64,000 nucleotides of DNA from Lepidodermella squamata (taxonomy: Eukaryota > Animalia > Gastrotricha), in the NCBI GenBank assembly GCA_047495785.1, contig JBLDXI010000024.1:806001-870000 (forward strand), given 5' to 3'. The notes beneath the pieces are model-generated. The model did no database searches. It was not told the DNA's origin and saw only the letters and a program-made list of their open reading frames with translations. This document shows positions 1 through 12,901 of the stretch, in pieces. Made by a program: the position numbers and the translations under genes. Each line of letters opens with the position of its first letter. The first letter of the stretch is position 1.

Positions 1-160
1 ATAAAATATTGAAATTATTACGATGGCTTGTGTGTTAAGGTGATTATCATGCCATTTTCTTGATCTTTTACGCAAACAATGCCAAAATGTGCCCATCGTT
101 CACGTGAAAAATTCACGATATAACAAGCAACCTCGAGAAAGTAGATCTATAGAAGCTCAG

Positions 161-433
161 ATGTCGTTTCGAATGAATTTCCTCATTAACGGAATTGCGA
201 TAACTTGTCTCGGCGGCAGTTTGGGAGCGCTGATTGGCTATGTATCGGTCAGTGCCGCTTGTCGCGACGAGTGCGACGTATTTGTTGGGACGATCGGCTG
301 CACAGGCGGCTTCGTTATCGGCGCGTGCCTCGGCTTGTCAATACTTCTCATTCACTCGTTTTTCCATCATTTGCGGCAGCCAAATGTTGATGACCTACAT
401 TCGAGCGACCAGTCGTCATTGCAATCAGCCTGA
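161..433 (+). CDS. Small two-TM glycine-rich membrane protein, unknown function
   Basis: ATG at 161. Two Gly-rich hydrophobic helices (GIAITCLGGSLGALIGYV; GTIGCTGGFVIGACLGLSILLI) flank a CRDEC loop. AATAAA at ~527. Confidence 0.5.
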   Translation: MSFRMNFLINGIAITCLGGSLGALIGYVSVSAACRDECDVFVGTIGCTGGFVIGACLGLSILLIHSFFHHLRQPNVDDLHSSDQSSLQSA

Positions 434-775
434 CCTGCTAGAAACAATAATGTCGACAAACCTTGACCTATTTTCAATGCGCCGTGTGCTTTCAAAATAT
501 TTCCTCCACCTTAATTAAATTGAATTAATAAATTGTTATTCATCGATAAATATGTTTTATGCTTTTTCGTCATCAAAATGAGGAGGCGTAATGACACTTG
601 AGTTCAACCTGAAAAATTACATGACGTTGATCAGAAGGTGTCGAAAATGCAATAAAAAATCAAACTTAATTTGAAAGTAGGTTGGTTAAACACTTCAAGA
701 ATAATGACGCAGTGTTTACTGTTCAGAAGGGATCATAAAACGTTGACACCTTCCTACCTAGAGCTCAGCCAAGGC

Positions 776-784
776 TATATAAAA
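776..784 (+). promoter_or_regulatory. TATA box of DD3-3 copy 1 (similar boxes at 7000-7006 and 10218-10224 for copies 3 and 4)
   Basis: TATATAAAA lies ~45 nt upstream of the ATG at 822. TATA motifs also sit shortly upstream of two paralogs. Confidence 0.45.
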
Positions 785-821
785 CGCCCTTGAATTGGAT
801 TTTAGACCTAATTTTTTGGAA

Positions 822-3781
822 ATGTCAGTAATTTCAAGAGCTTTTATTCTTATTCTAGCGTCGACATCAGCTCGATGCGATGTTTATATGCATAACCCAC
901 GTGGTTCAAACGACCGGCTGAATGCTGAAGACGCGCAGCGACAAAATGCGAACCGGCTGTTCGACTCGCAGAACAACGCGAAGGGCGGGTATAACGTCGG
1001 CGAAACTACGTCACAGCGAGCGGCAACCGAGGCTGAATTCTACCGCATGTTGTACTTCCAAAGCGGGGCAAATGCGAACGAAGAGACGTACCTGCCCATC
1101 GAATGGACGAATCAGCACGGCTGCGCGACGGAAAATACCGAGCTGACGTGTAATCTCGTTGTTCAAATGCTGTGCCAGCCCGATGTCAAGGTAACGCCGC
1201 CTGAATGGGAGATTCGCGACGGCCAAACCGAGCAGACAGTTCGATTTTCGAACCCGCAAAGCAACGAAGATCTGCAACGTCAAAACCAGCGTCGAGCGAA
1301 CGATTTGAACAACGCGAATGAGGGTGTCAACGAGCCGTGGGAATGGTATAACGAGTGCTACCAACGTGAAAGAAATGTCAATCTGTTCACTGCTGAGCGG
1401 AAATTGAATACGATCAACCTGAATAACGCTCAGTATTCTTCAGCGATTTTTACGCGGCAGAATAACAACGGGAATCGACATGGCTACGAATGCCCTGAGG
1501 AAAGGGACTACTATCCGTATTTCGGCCCATCGCCCTGGAAAGATATCGCTATTTTGACGGATTCGCAGGGCGGCAGGTGCAGCTATTTCAAGTCTAACAG
1601 CTTTTCTGGGACTCGAAGCCGAGGTGTCTGTGCAGCGGCTGACGGAACCCGGCAGCCGAGCCAATATCGGTACAACAACGCAACATCCTGCGCCGCTGCT
1701 GGTTTTGCCTGGTTTCAGGTGTTCAATTTTCTCGAAAAAGCCACTCGTAAGTATAGCAAATAAATAAATAAAAAATTATTAATTTTATTGTAAACAGAAT
1801 TCACCTCGGAATCGTCTTGTACCGGAGCTTCAACCAATAAAATTAACTACATTTGGGCTGTCCCATGGGATGCCAAGAACGTCAAGACCCCGGAGTGCCT
1901 AGTTCAGATGCCTGATCCAGACTGCTCCGAGGGTCCATGGACGCGCTCGAACCATCTTGGAAACACGAAAAGTGGCGATGCACCCCGATACACATGGACG
2001 ATCCCATATTTCCCGTCTAACAAAACTCAACGATGCGTTCTCAGAGTCCGGTATAACATCACATCCGGCGACTACGACCCAATGCGAACAGACGCCAAGA
2101 AGAATCAGCCGAAAACCGACGATATTAAGCGATATTAGTAAGTTGATGAAATTCAATTTTTTCGCTATAGTAACCTGTTATTTTTTCCAGTGAAAATTTA
2201 TTCAAAAACAAGTCGCAAGAAATACGAAACTTGAAAAACATGACCGATGCTGAGAAAAATGCGGCCATTTTCAGGCTTGAGGCTGACTTGAAGGCTGAGG
2301 CTAACGCGAAACTCGCCGAATGGGTGTCGCCGATTCAGACCAATCCGAAGATTGCGATTGCTCCTGATTTCCCGAAAGTTCAGTTCGCAACAAATGCCGA
2401 TCAAATGGGCCGCGTTTTTCAAGATCGAAGCCACGTTTTCCGTTTAGCGCCTCGGCCAAGCGGTGCGGCTGGAAAACGAATTTATAACCTGAATGTGAGA
2501 GGAAAACGTGGAAATATCGTTCAGGTAAATTTTAAAAATAAATTAAATTTTTTAGAATACTTGAAATTTTATTAATTCGTTAGGCCTACCCAGCAGTTGA
2601 GTACGACTTCATTCCGAATAATTTGGTGGTCTCGAGGGACAATTTGGTTCATATTCAGGTGGATTTATTTTTACTATTTTTTGCGAATAATTTTATAAAT
2701 TTTATTTTATTTTATAATTTTATTTATTTTACGATTTTTTAATGACTTTTTCACTATAAAGTGGACGGGTTCTAACCGCGTTGTTGGAGACGGTGAAGGC
2801 CGCCAAGGAACCGATCGAAGCAACATTGTTCAAGTGGCCAATTTAGGCGCAAACTACCCCCTCCGCGCTCCTAACTTCACGCTGTCCATGTTCTCCGGGG
2901 CTAAGGTCGTGTGGACCCCATTCGATTACCCCGAACAGTTCCGCTATCTCACCGGCGGTGTAACAAGGGCGATCAAAGCCCCTGAAACTCCTCTGGCTGA
3001 GAGCAGTTACGTTAAGGCTGATAGTGAAAACTACTTGCTATACCGAAACGTCAATAATACGATAAACAAAGCGATAGAGTCGCTGCAAGGCAACGATCTT
3101 CGACGCCGAGGTGATAGCGAAACCCATACCAGCCGCAGGAGAATTCGTAAAATCGGGCTGAACGATAATAGACCAGAATCTAACACCGAGTTCTGGCAAA
3201 CTATTCTGGCGAAAAGAAAGCGCCGGGAAGCTGCCGAAGTCTACGAGGGTTCGGATTTCATTGCGGCTGAAAGAAAGCGAGGCGATGAAAACGATATATC
3301 GAATGTTGATAACTGGGACTGGACGGAGAATAATCAGCGAAGACAGGATGATGGGGATGATGGCGATCAAACTCCTACCCGAAGCCCGCCGAGATCTATC
3401 GCCAGTGCGGCTGCTACGGACAACCGGCCTTTGTCGAAAACGATCGGAAGCGACGGATATACGGATGGAAATCTTGCCCTTGCCTTGTTAACAAGCGGTT
3501 ATTACTGGTATATTTTATTCAAATTTGAATGAAATGAAAATCAATTTTTTTCCCGATATTATAGGTGTACGTTTGGAAGTGATTGTCCGGACTACATACC
3601 CAAGACGTACATAGCCCCGGCGAATGTCACGGAGAATAATTTGAATCCGACGCTGGATCAAGCTTCGCCAACTTTTCCCGGAGTGTTGCTGTCATTCAAC
3701 CCTGGCACTTACTTCTACATCAGTTCGCGAAATAACAAATTCTCAAATCGCATGCAAAAAGGCCGCCTGGAGGTTAGGTGA
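822..3781 (+). CDS. DD3-3-like secreted protein, copy 1 (6 exons)
   Basis: Signal peptide followed by family motifs [81 protein letters not shown] and C-terminal [12 protein letters not shown]. Introns at ~1747-1797, 2138-2190, 2525-2583, 2659-2761 and 3508-3564 join in frame. Confidence 0.88.
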
Positions 3782-4049
3782 AAACAGCGCCCGTCCCAAC
3801 CGTTTCGATACACAAATATTTGTAGATAGAATTTTCTATGATTTTTCAGGCAAGCCGATTTTATTAAAATCTTTCGAAAGTATTGAGATGAAAAATTGAG
3901 GAAATAAATAATTAATGAAATTTGTTGTTTTCATGTTAGAATTTCTGGCGCTACTTTAAGCCGAAAAACGTGTTCACAACTAACGGCTTAATCTCTTTCA
4001 ATACCTTTTTGAAGCCTAACGAACAGAGCATTTCGCGACAGTTTAAAAA

Positions 4050-6787
4050 ATGAAATCCCAGAAACTATTCTTGGTCGGTTTTTTGGCTTGTGGTCTTTCA
4101 CCTGTTTTGGGTGATATTTACCTTCATAACCCTCGAGGTTCGAACAATCGCTTGTCCCAGGCGACGCCGAATCGAAAAAATGCGAATCGGCTGTTCGATT
4201 CGCAGAATAACGCGAAGGGCGGCTATAACGTCGGAGAGTTAGGAGCAGACCGAGCCAATAACGAAACCCGATTCTATAAAATGATTTACTTCCAAAGTGG
4301 CGCTAGTAGCAACGAGCCGTCTTATTTGACCCTGGAAATGTCCTACCAGCATGGTTGTGGCGTTGATGAGCTGAAGTGCCGCGTTGTGGTTCAATACATG
4401 TGCCAACCTGAAACTGACCAATCGCCGACTTGGCAGATTCGGGATGGCAGTAATGAAGACACGCCAAGTTACACAGCCCCGAAAAAAGTCAGTGAAACTA
4501 ACGCGGAAATGTTATCACGGCGTAATGCAGATCTATCGAAAAGTTCAATGAACGGGCAGCACGAAAGCTGGGACTCTTACAACCACTGCTATTTCAGGAA
4601 ACGGAACGAAGGACTTTTCATCGCAGATCAGAGGATTCGAGAAAATGGTCTTGGCTACTCGGGCGCGACCTTCACCCGTCAAAATTCAAAAGGCAAACGG
4701 TACGGCTACGAATGCCCTGAAGAGCGAGATTACTACCCGTATTGGCATCCAAGTCAATGGAAAGATGCGGCGATTTTGACAGATGACGTAGCTGAATGTG
4801 ATGCTATTCGAAGGTCGAGTTTCAGCGCGAGAAACACGCTAGGCATATGCGCAAAGGCTGACAGTACTCGGCAGCTGATTGCTGAAACGGCTACTGCTTG
4901 CTTGGAATCCGGCGCCAACTGGCTGTTAGTTAACAATTATCTAGAAAAAGCGCCAGGTAAATCTAAAACAAGCCGATATTTTTTAAATATTCTATTGAAT
5001 TTCACAGCAATTAATTCGGAATCTGCATGCACTTCCAAGACAAATGATCGTTTTACTTACATTTGGGGAGTCCCGTATGACGCTGCAAATTTGACGAGGA
5101 AAGAATGCCTAGTTGCTGTTCCTGCGCCTGAATGCCAAAAGGCCCCGTTATCTCGCCCTAACCACCTTGGAATTGCCGACGGCACGGGAGAATACCCTCG
5201 ATACCAATGGACTCTGCCTCATTTCCCGTCGAAAACTAACCAAAAATGCGTTTTGCGAGTTCGCTACAACATTACGAATGGTGATTTCGATCACAGCACC
5301 ACTGATGCAGAGAGCAACTATGTGAGACCGGCTAAAATTACCAAAAAATAGTAAGCTTTCCGTTAAATTTCGAATTATATCGCCCGAACTATGTACATAT
5401 ATAGCATGGAAGAATTTCGTGATAAAGCCGCTGAAATTCGGAAGTGGCGCAACATGACTGCTAGGGCAATTCGAGGGGTAATTGAGGATTTGCGCGACGA
5501 AATGCGGCAAAAAGCGATGGATGAGATAGCGAGTAGCGCATCGCCTGTTCGCCAGAACCCTCAGGTTGCGATTTTCTCCGATTTCCCCGAAGTTCAGCTA
5601 GCTATTAACACAGATCAGGTTGGCTCTTCAATGGTCAATAATTAATACGTTTTGAGTTATTCGAATTCAGACCGGCAGAGTGTTTCAAGATCGCTCGCAT
5701 GTCTTTCGCCTTGTACCGAGACCGCCTGAAGTTCCCGCTGGCCGAACTATTTACAACTTGAACGTTCGAGGCAAACGTGGTAACATCGTTCAGGCTTACA
5801 ACGCTGTTGAATACGACTTCATACCGAATAAGCTGGACGTAACAACATCAGACTTGATTCATGTAATCATCAATTCAACTTTGCCCCTCCGCCGCCTTAT
5901 TGAATTTACAGATTCAATGGACTGGCTCGAATCACCAAGTTGGCGATGGAGAAGGCGCCCGGCAGACTGATCGTAGCAACATTGTTCAGATTGCGGATCC
6001 GTCGAAGAACTACCCACTGAAAGGGTCAAACGTTACAATGTGGAGAAATGCCAAGGTTCTGTGGACACCATTTCAAACCAGGGACCTATTCGTGGACCCG
6101 TCAGCGGGCGCCGTGCTGAACAATTTGCAACTCAATGCCATAGCAGGCCGAGCCAAGGCTCAAGCGTTTGTTAACGCCCTGAAACAAGCTATCAACGAGT
6201 AAGTTGGCCTAATTTTTGAAATCAATCGACAATAACCAGAAGTTTCAAAAAGTGGCGAAGGAAAGGTAGCACTCAGTGATGACGTACCTTCGGACGATGC
6301 TGATGATCATGATCAAGACCCAGAGAAAGATTTGGATGACAACATGCCAAATCCTGTTATGCCAATGAGGAAACGTCGCCAAGCTGCCGAATCAACCGTG
6401 TCCATCGGCCCAGGTGGGCTCAACGATAAACAGTTAGCTTTAGCACTGATGACAAGTGGATATTATTGGTAAAATAATTACAATGACAATTCAAACTGGA
6501 AAAAAATATTTTATCAGGTGCGTTGATCGAACTGGCTGTCCATCCTATATTCCGGATAATTTCGTCATGGGACTGACGAAAAAGCCGCGTTCTGATCCGC
6601 GTCTCGATGTCACCCCGGCATCATTCCAGGGCGTGCTGCTTAGCTTTAACCGCGGGACATATTACTACATGTCGACAAGGTGATGCTAAATTACAGTTAA
6701 ATGTTACTTTTTATCCAATCTTTTCGTCATTTCAGAAACAACAAATTCACAAACAGGTCGCAGAAAGGGCGAATAGTTGTCGCATGA
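4050..6787 (+). CDS. DD3-3-like secreted protein, copy 2 (8 exons)
   Basis: Same motif series as copy 1. Seven short GT-AG introns (e.g. 4957-5007, 5619-5670, 5863-5911) restore the frame. Ends [10 protein letters not shown]. Confidence 0.88.
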
Positions 6788-7073
6788 GTTTGACCTAGAA
6801 TGACGCAAAGCTATCCGTGCAATTTAATTTTCTGACAACCTTAAAAAAGATCAATTTTTCGAAAAACTAGTTTAAGCTTTTTTTGATAATAAAACCTGTT
6901 CACGGCACTTTCTGCCAGCAGTATCAACGTAGAACGCCTACAACAGCATGAGCTTTTGCATGACGTCTATTAGCATCAACCGAATCAAAACAACCACCCT
7001 ATAAAACAGTGCACGAAAGCTGCTGTTAGCTATTGAAATTCTTCCGTAAAAAGGATAACACTCACATTTTGAG

Positions 7074-9791
7074 ATGAAGCACCTGAGCTTGTTAGGTGTA
7101 ATACTGCTATCGAGCAGCGTTTTCGCCGATGTTTATTTACATAACCCTCGGGGTTCAAACGATCGGTTGTTCCTAGCAACAGGCAACCGTAAGAATGCGA
7201 ATCGTTTGTTCGATTCTCAAAACAACGCTAAGGGTGGCTACAACGTCGGCGAGGTTGGAGCTGGGCCGGCTAACAACGAGACTGAATTCTACAAAATGAT
7301 ATATTTCCAGAGCGGGGTCAACTCTGGCGAGGATTCTTACCTAACCCTGGAGGTGTCTTACCAGCACGGATGTGGCGTTGATGAGCTGGATTGCAAGGTC
7401 ATTGTTCAATACATGTGCCAAGCGGAAACTGACCAGTCAACGACGTGGCAAATTCGAGATGGCAGTAATGAAGATACCCCAACTTACACGGCACCTAAAA
7501 AAGTCGGCGAGACCGCGGCTGAAATGGCTGCCCGTCAAAGCGCTGATCTAACAAAGAGCCAGCTTAACGGCCAGCAGGAGAGTTGGGACAACTACAACAG
7601 CTGCTACTTGCGAAATCGAAATGAAGGCCTTTTCCTGGCGGACCAGCCACTTCAAAATAATGCATTAGGTTACGATAGCGCGATTTTCACAAGACAAAAC
7701 TCGAAAGGCAAGCGATATGGTTACGAATGCCCGGAAGAACGCGATTATTACCCGTATTGGCACCCGAACCAGTGGAAGGACGCGGCAATTCTCCTCGGAG
7801 ATGTAGCTGATTGTGATCGGTACAAGCGAGCTAGCTTCAGCGGGAAAAACACCTTGGGAGTTTGCGTTAAGGCGGACGGAACTCGAGACGCTAAACAACT
7901 GACAGCCGATTCCCCCGGAAACTGCACTGCTCTAGCTGGTTCCAGCTGGGTCCAGGTTTACAATTACCTCGAAAAAGCTACAGGTTAGTAAAATCATAAT
8001 CGCAAAGGCTTATTTTATAATGAATTATTCTAGCATTTACGAGCGAGGGAAGCTGCACCTCGAAATCTAATTCTAAGGTGACCTATATCTGGGGTGTCCC
8101 ATTCGACGCGGCAAATTACAACAAGAAAGAGTGTCTCGTCGCTCTACCAGTTCCAGACTGCCAGAAAGCTCCGATTTCACGCTCCAACCACCTCGGTCTT
8201 TCGGATGGTACCGGCGAGTATCCGAGATATCAATGGACCTTGCCGTACTTCCCATCGAACACAATTCAGCGATGTGTTTTAAGGGTCCGATACAATATTA
8301 CCAACGGTGATTTCGACCATGACACCACGGACGCCAAAAGCAATTTCCTTAGACCGGGAGAAGTTGCTCAAAAATAGTAAGAACTCCTCTATTTAGCGTG
8401 GGAATTTTTAGCTTTTAATTTTATAATTTTTCAGTCGAGAAATTTACCAAGCCAAGGCAGCTGTAATTCGTCAATGGAAAAACGCTACCCGACGTGAGAT
8501 AATGGATGCAATGGATGCCGCTCGGGATGAAACCAGCCGTCAGGCACAAGCTGAAATCCTGAGGGGGACATCGCCCGTTCGCCAAAATCCAAGAGTTCTT
8601 CTTTACCCGAATTTCCCAGAAGTTCAGCTCGCGATCAATACTGATCAAACTGGGCGCGTGTTCCAGGATAGGTCGCACGCTTTTCGTCTTGCGCCTCGGC
8701 CGAAAGAGGTTCCGTCTGGTCGCAAGATCTACAACTTGAACGTCCGCGGAAAGCGAGGCAACATAGTTCAGGCCTACAACGCCGTTGAATATGATTTCAT
8801 TCCGAATAATCTCGAATTGACTTCCAACGATGTCATTCATGTGAGTCTAAATTGTTCCTGGTTCAACTGATTTAACAAATTTTTTATGCAGATTCAATGG
8901 ACCGGATCTAACCATCAACCTGGAGATGGCGAGGGCAAAGCCGGAACAGATCGTAGCAATTTGGTTCAGATTCAAGATTCATCGAAAAACTACCCGCTAT
9001 CTGGCACGAATATCACCATGTGGCAAAATGCCAAGGTACATTGGACACCCTTTCAAACCCGGGGTATTCTCGTCGACCCTGGCCTGCCGACCCCGAACAA
9101 CCAGCAAGATCCTTTTTCACTGAAAAATAAAGCCGTTCGTATGGCTTCGTTCCTCAATCGCTTCATCAACGACGAGTAAGTATTGTAGCCTGATTTTCGA
9201 AGTTCAAAATTATTTAACAATGTTTTTACAGTGATTCATCTCCGAAATTAGCTGCTGAGCAGGTACCATCGGATGACGCTGACGATCATCCGCGGGATCG
9301 CGAGAAGGACCTCGATGACATGATGCCGAACCCAGTGATGCCGATGAGGCGTAAACGAGCTGCTGCCGATCCAACAACGCAAGCTCCGCCCCCGGCTGCT
9401 CAAATCGGCCCAAGTGGTCTAACGGACCAGCAAGTCGCCTTAGCCATGATGTCAAGCGGCTACTACTGGTGAGTGGACCGATATAATTTTTGATAGTCGA
9501 ATTCTTAATTTTTATCAATTTTTAAGGTGCATCGATCGCACTGGCTGCCCGAGCTACATTCCTGATAATTACGTGATGAATCTTAATAAGAAAGCGAAAC
9601 TCACCGCGAAACTTGACGAAGCACCGGCCTCGTTTCCGGGTGTTTTAGTCAGCTTCAACCGCGGCACTTATTACTACATGTCCACCAGGTAGGCAACACG
9701 CGATTTTGATTAAAATTAAGTCATACTGATTTTTTACAGGAACAACAAATTTACGAATCGATCGCAAAAGGGCAAATTTGTTGTATCATAA
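7074..9791 (+). CDS. DD3-3-like secreted protein, copy 3 (7 exons)
   Basis: Same motifs. Six introns (e.g. 7984-8033, 8841-8891). Ends [10 protein letters not shown]. Confidence 0.88.
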
Positions 9792-10243
9792 ATATTGCCG
9801 AAGCTGTTCCTGGCTTTTTTGTGACTTATTTATTCAATTTTTCAATAAAATATTTTTTCGAACAAGCCTTATAATTTTCTTGCCGTGATTACCTTATAAA
9901 ATTGAGGAATTTTCATGATGTATCCAGGTGATGACGAGAAAAAACGTGCTCGCGTGTGCAGTAAATAACTGCATTTTTTCTTATAGTCTGTTCATTTATA
10001 ACGTTGGATGAAAGAACAATAACGCACGCATGAGAAAATTAGCCGCCCTGACGCATTTCATGAGGTAACGAGCACGAGCGTGTGATGGCTAATCACCGCG
10101 AAAAAAATGCGTCATGAAACGACCCATAACCGAAGTTATAGCCGAATACGGGAAAAATGGTATGATCTCCCAATTTTGTGACGCAAACTGCTGTGAAAGC
10201 TAATAAACAATTACGGGTATATAAGGGCTAGCACCAGAGCAAA

Positions 10244-12901
10244 ATGGACAAAAAACGAGAAATGTTAACCTCAATTTTGGCAGTTGGCCTAATTTCTATT
10301 TCGTGCGTCCTCGCCGATGTGTACATGCACAACCCGCGAGGATCGAACGATCGACTGTTCGCGACAGCGGACGCCCGCCGAAACGGGAATAGATTGTTCG
10401 ATTCACAGAATAACGCCAAGGGCGGATACAACGTTGGCGAGGCTGGAGCCGGGCAGGCGGAGAATGAGTCGCAATTCTACAAAATGATCTACTTTCAAAG
10501 CGGGGCTAATACTAACGAGCCGTCTTATTTGACCCTGGAGATGTCTTACCAACATGGCTGTGGGGTCGACGAATTGGGCTGTTCAGCTATTGTTCAATAC
10601 ATGTGCCAGGCTGAGAATGATCAGTCCACTGTCTGGCAAATCCGAGATGGAAGTAACGAACTGACGCCAAACTTCACAAACCCGACCAAGGTCGAAACTG
10701 CCGAAGAAACCGCGGCTAGGCGTAAGGCTGATTTAGACGGAGCAATTGCTATGGGCCAGCAGGAAAGTTGGGACAACTACAACGCCTGTTACCTGCGGAA
10801 ACGCAATGCCGGCCTTTTCGTCGCCGATCAGCGCCCGCGCAACAACGCTCTCGGGTATTCAAGCGCGGCTTTTACCCGGCAAAACCCGACCGGTAAGCGG
10901 TATGGTTACGAATGCCCGGAAGAGCGTGATTACTACCCGTATTGGCACCCGAGCCAATGGAAAGATGCGGCGATTTTGACCGACGATACGGCAACTTGCG
11001 ACCGTTTCCGCCGGGCTAGTTTCAGCGGTAAGCAAACCTTGGGTGTCTGCGTTGGCGCCGATGGAACTCGAGATGCGAGACATTTAACGGCCGAAACTGC
11101 CGAGAATTGCACCGGGTCTGGGTACAAATGGGTCCAGGTGTATAATTACTTGGAAAAGGCGACCGGCTTCACGTCGGAGGCCGCTTGCGTTGGAAAATCA
11201 TCACCCAGGGTGACTTATTATTGGGCTGTGCCTCATGACGCGACGAATTACAACGAGAAGCAATGCTTAGTCTCTCTGCCCTACCCGGATTGCCAGAAGG
11301 CTCCGGTGTCCAGGTCTAACCACTTGGGTCTTGCTGATGGAACCGGCGAATTCCCGCGTTACCAGTGGACCCTGCCGTATTTCCCGTCTAATACCAATCA
11401 AAAATGCGTGCTTCGTATCCGTTACAACATCACAAATGGCGATTACGACCAAGATAAAACGGATTTCAAGAAAAACCAAGTCGACCCTGGCCAAGTTGCG
11501 AGAAAACAGTAAGCATGAAAAATTAAAATTAAAAAATATAAATATAAATTAAATTAAATAAATTATTTAGAAAATAGCTTAATTTTTATAAGTCAATTTT
11601 AAGATGAAATGTTAAAAATATTAGATTAATTCTCTAAAAATCGTGCTTTCTTTCCTTCCAGCCGCGATTTGCTGAATGCTGAAATCGCCAAAATCCGTCA
11701 ATGGAAGAATTCATCTGTAAATGCCGCAATTCAAAAAGCCACGGACGAAAGCAACAAAGCTGCAGCTGAAGAGATCGCGAACGGAAATTCACCTGTTCGC
11801 CAAAATGCCAGGGTCCAGCTTTACCCGAAGAGCCCTGAGCTCGCGCTGGCTATCAACACCGATCAAACTGGCCGCGTTTTCGAAGACCGATCGCATGCGT
11901 TCCGACTAGTCCCAAGGCCGAAGGAGATACCAGCCGGCCGTAAAATCTACAACCTGAACGTTCGAGGCAAGCGAGGCAATATCCAGCAAACTTTCAACGC
12001 GGTCGAATACGATTTTATGCCAAACAAGCTGGAAATCACGTCATCTGATCTGATTCACGTATTTTTTTTACGAATTTTATGAAATTAATTTTTAGGGTGA
12101 TGTATTATAGATTCAATGGACCGGCTCGAACCACCAACCAGGTGATGGTGAAGGCAAGGCTAACACAGATCGAAGCAATCTTGTTCAGATTGGCGACTAC
12201 AACAAGAGTTATCCTTTGGTTGGTAATGCTATTACAATGTGGAAAAAAGCTAAGGTCTACTGGACACCCTTCCAATCAACGTCATTGATCGTTGGTAAAG
12301 ACACAACTCTGACCAGCTCTGGAAACCAGGCTGACCCGTTCGCTCTGAAGGAAAAAGCAAACAGCCAGATGAACGCGTTGAAAACATACCTTACAGAGTA
12401 AACCTCAGAAATATTTCTTATAGGAAATATCGAATTGAATAATTTTCCAGCTCCAAGGATGGCAAGGTTCCGGATGCCCTCAGAGCTGATGCTGACATTC
12501 ACCCGGCTGACCCTGAGAAAAACCTCGATCGGGCCTTTGCCATGCGCCGTAAGCGCCAAGCAACTGCTGCCCCGACTACTACTACAACAACTACAGCTGT
12601 GCCAATGCCGCCATCAACTAAAATCGGTCCCGATGGTCTAACTGATCAACAAGTCAGCTTAGCCTTAATGACAAGCGGTTATTATTGGTGCTACGACAAG
12701 GCTGATTGCCCGAGTTACATTCCGGAATACTTTATCATGTCAACAAATGCCAAGGCCAATTTGACGGCTAAGCTAGACGAAGCTCCGGCTTCTTTCCCTG
12801 GCGTTGTTGTTAGCTTCAGCTCTGGAACGTACAACTTCATGTCGACCCGTAACAACAAATTCAGCAATCGTTCACAGAAGGGTCGCCTCATTGTTAAGTG
12901 A
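10244..12901 (+). CDS. DD3-3-like secreted protein, copy 4 (4 exons)
   Basis: Same motifs. Only three introns (~11509-11661, 12059-12110, ~12398-12450). Thr-rich linker after RRKR. The start could be 10244 or 10262. Confidence 0.88.

Noticed and set aside
2135-8380. In-frame TAG stops in DD3-3 ORFs suggesting pseudogenes or stop recoding
   Set aside because: Each is TA|GTAAG at a phase-2 splice donor, and splicing restores a Tyr codon.
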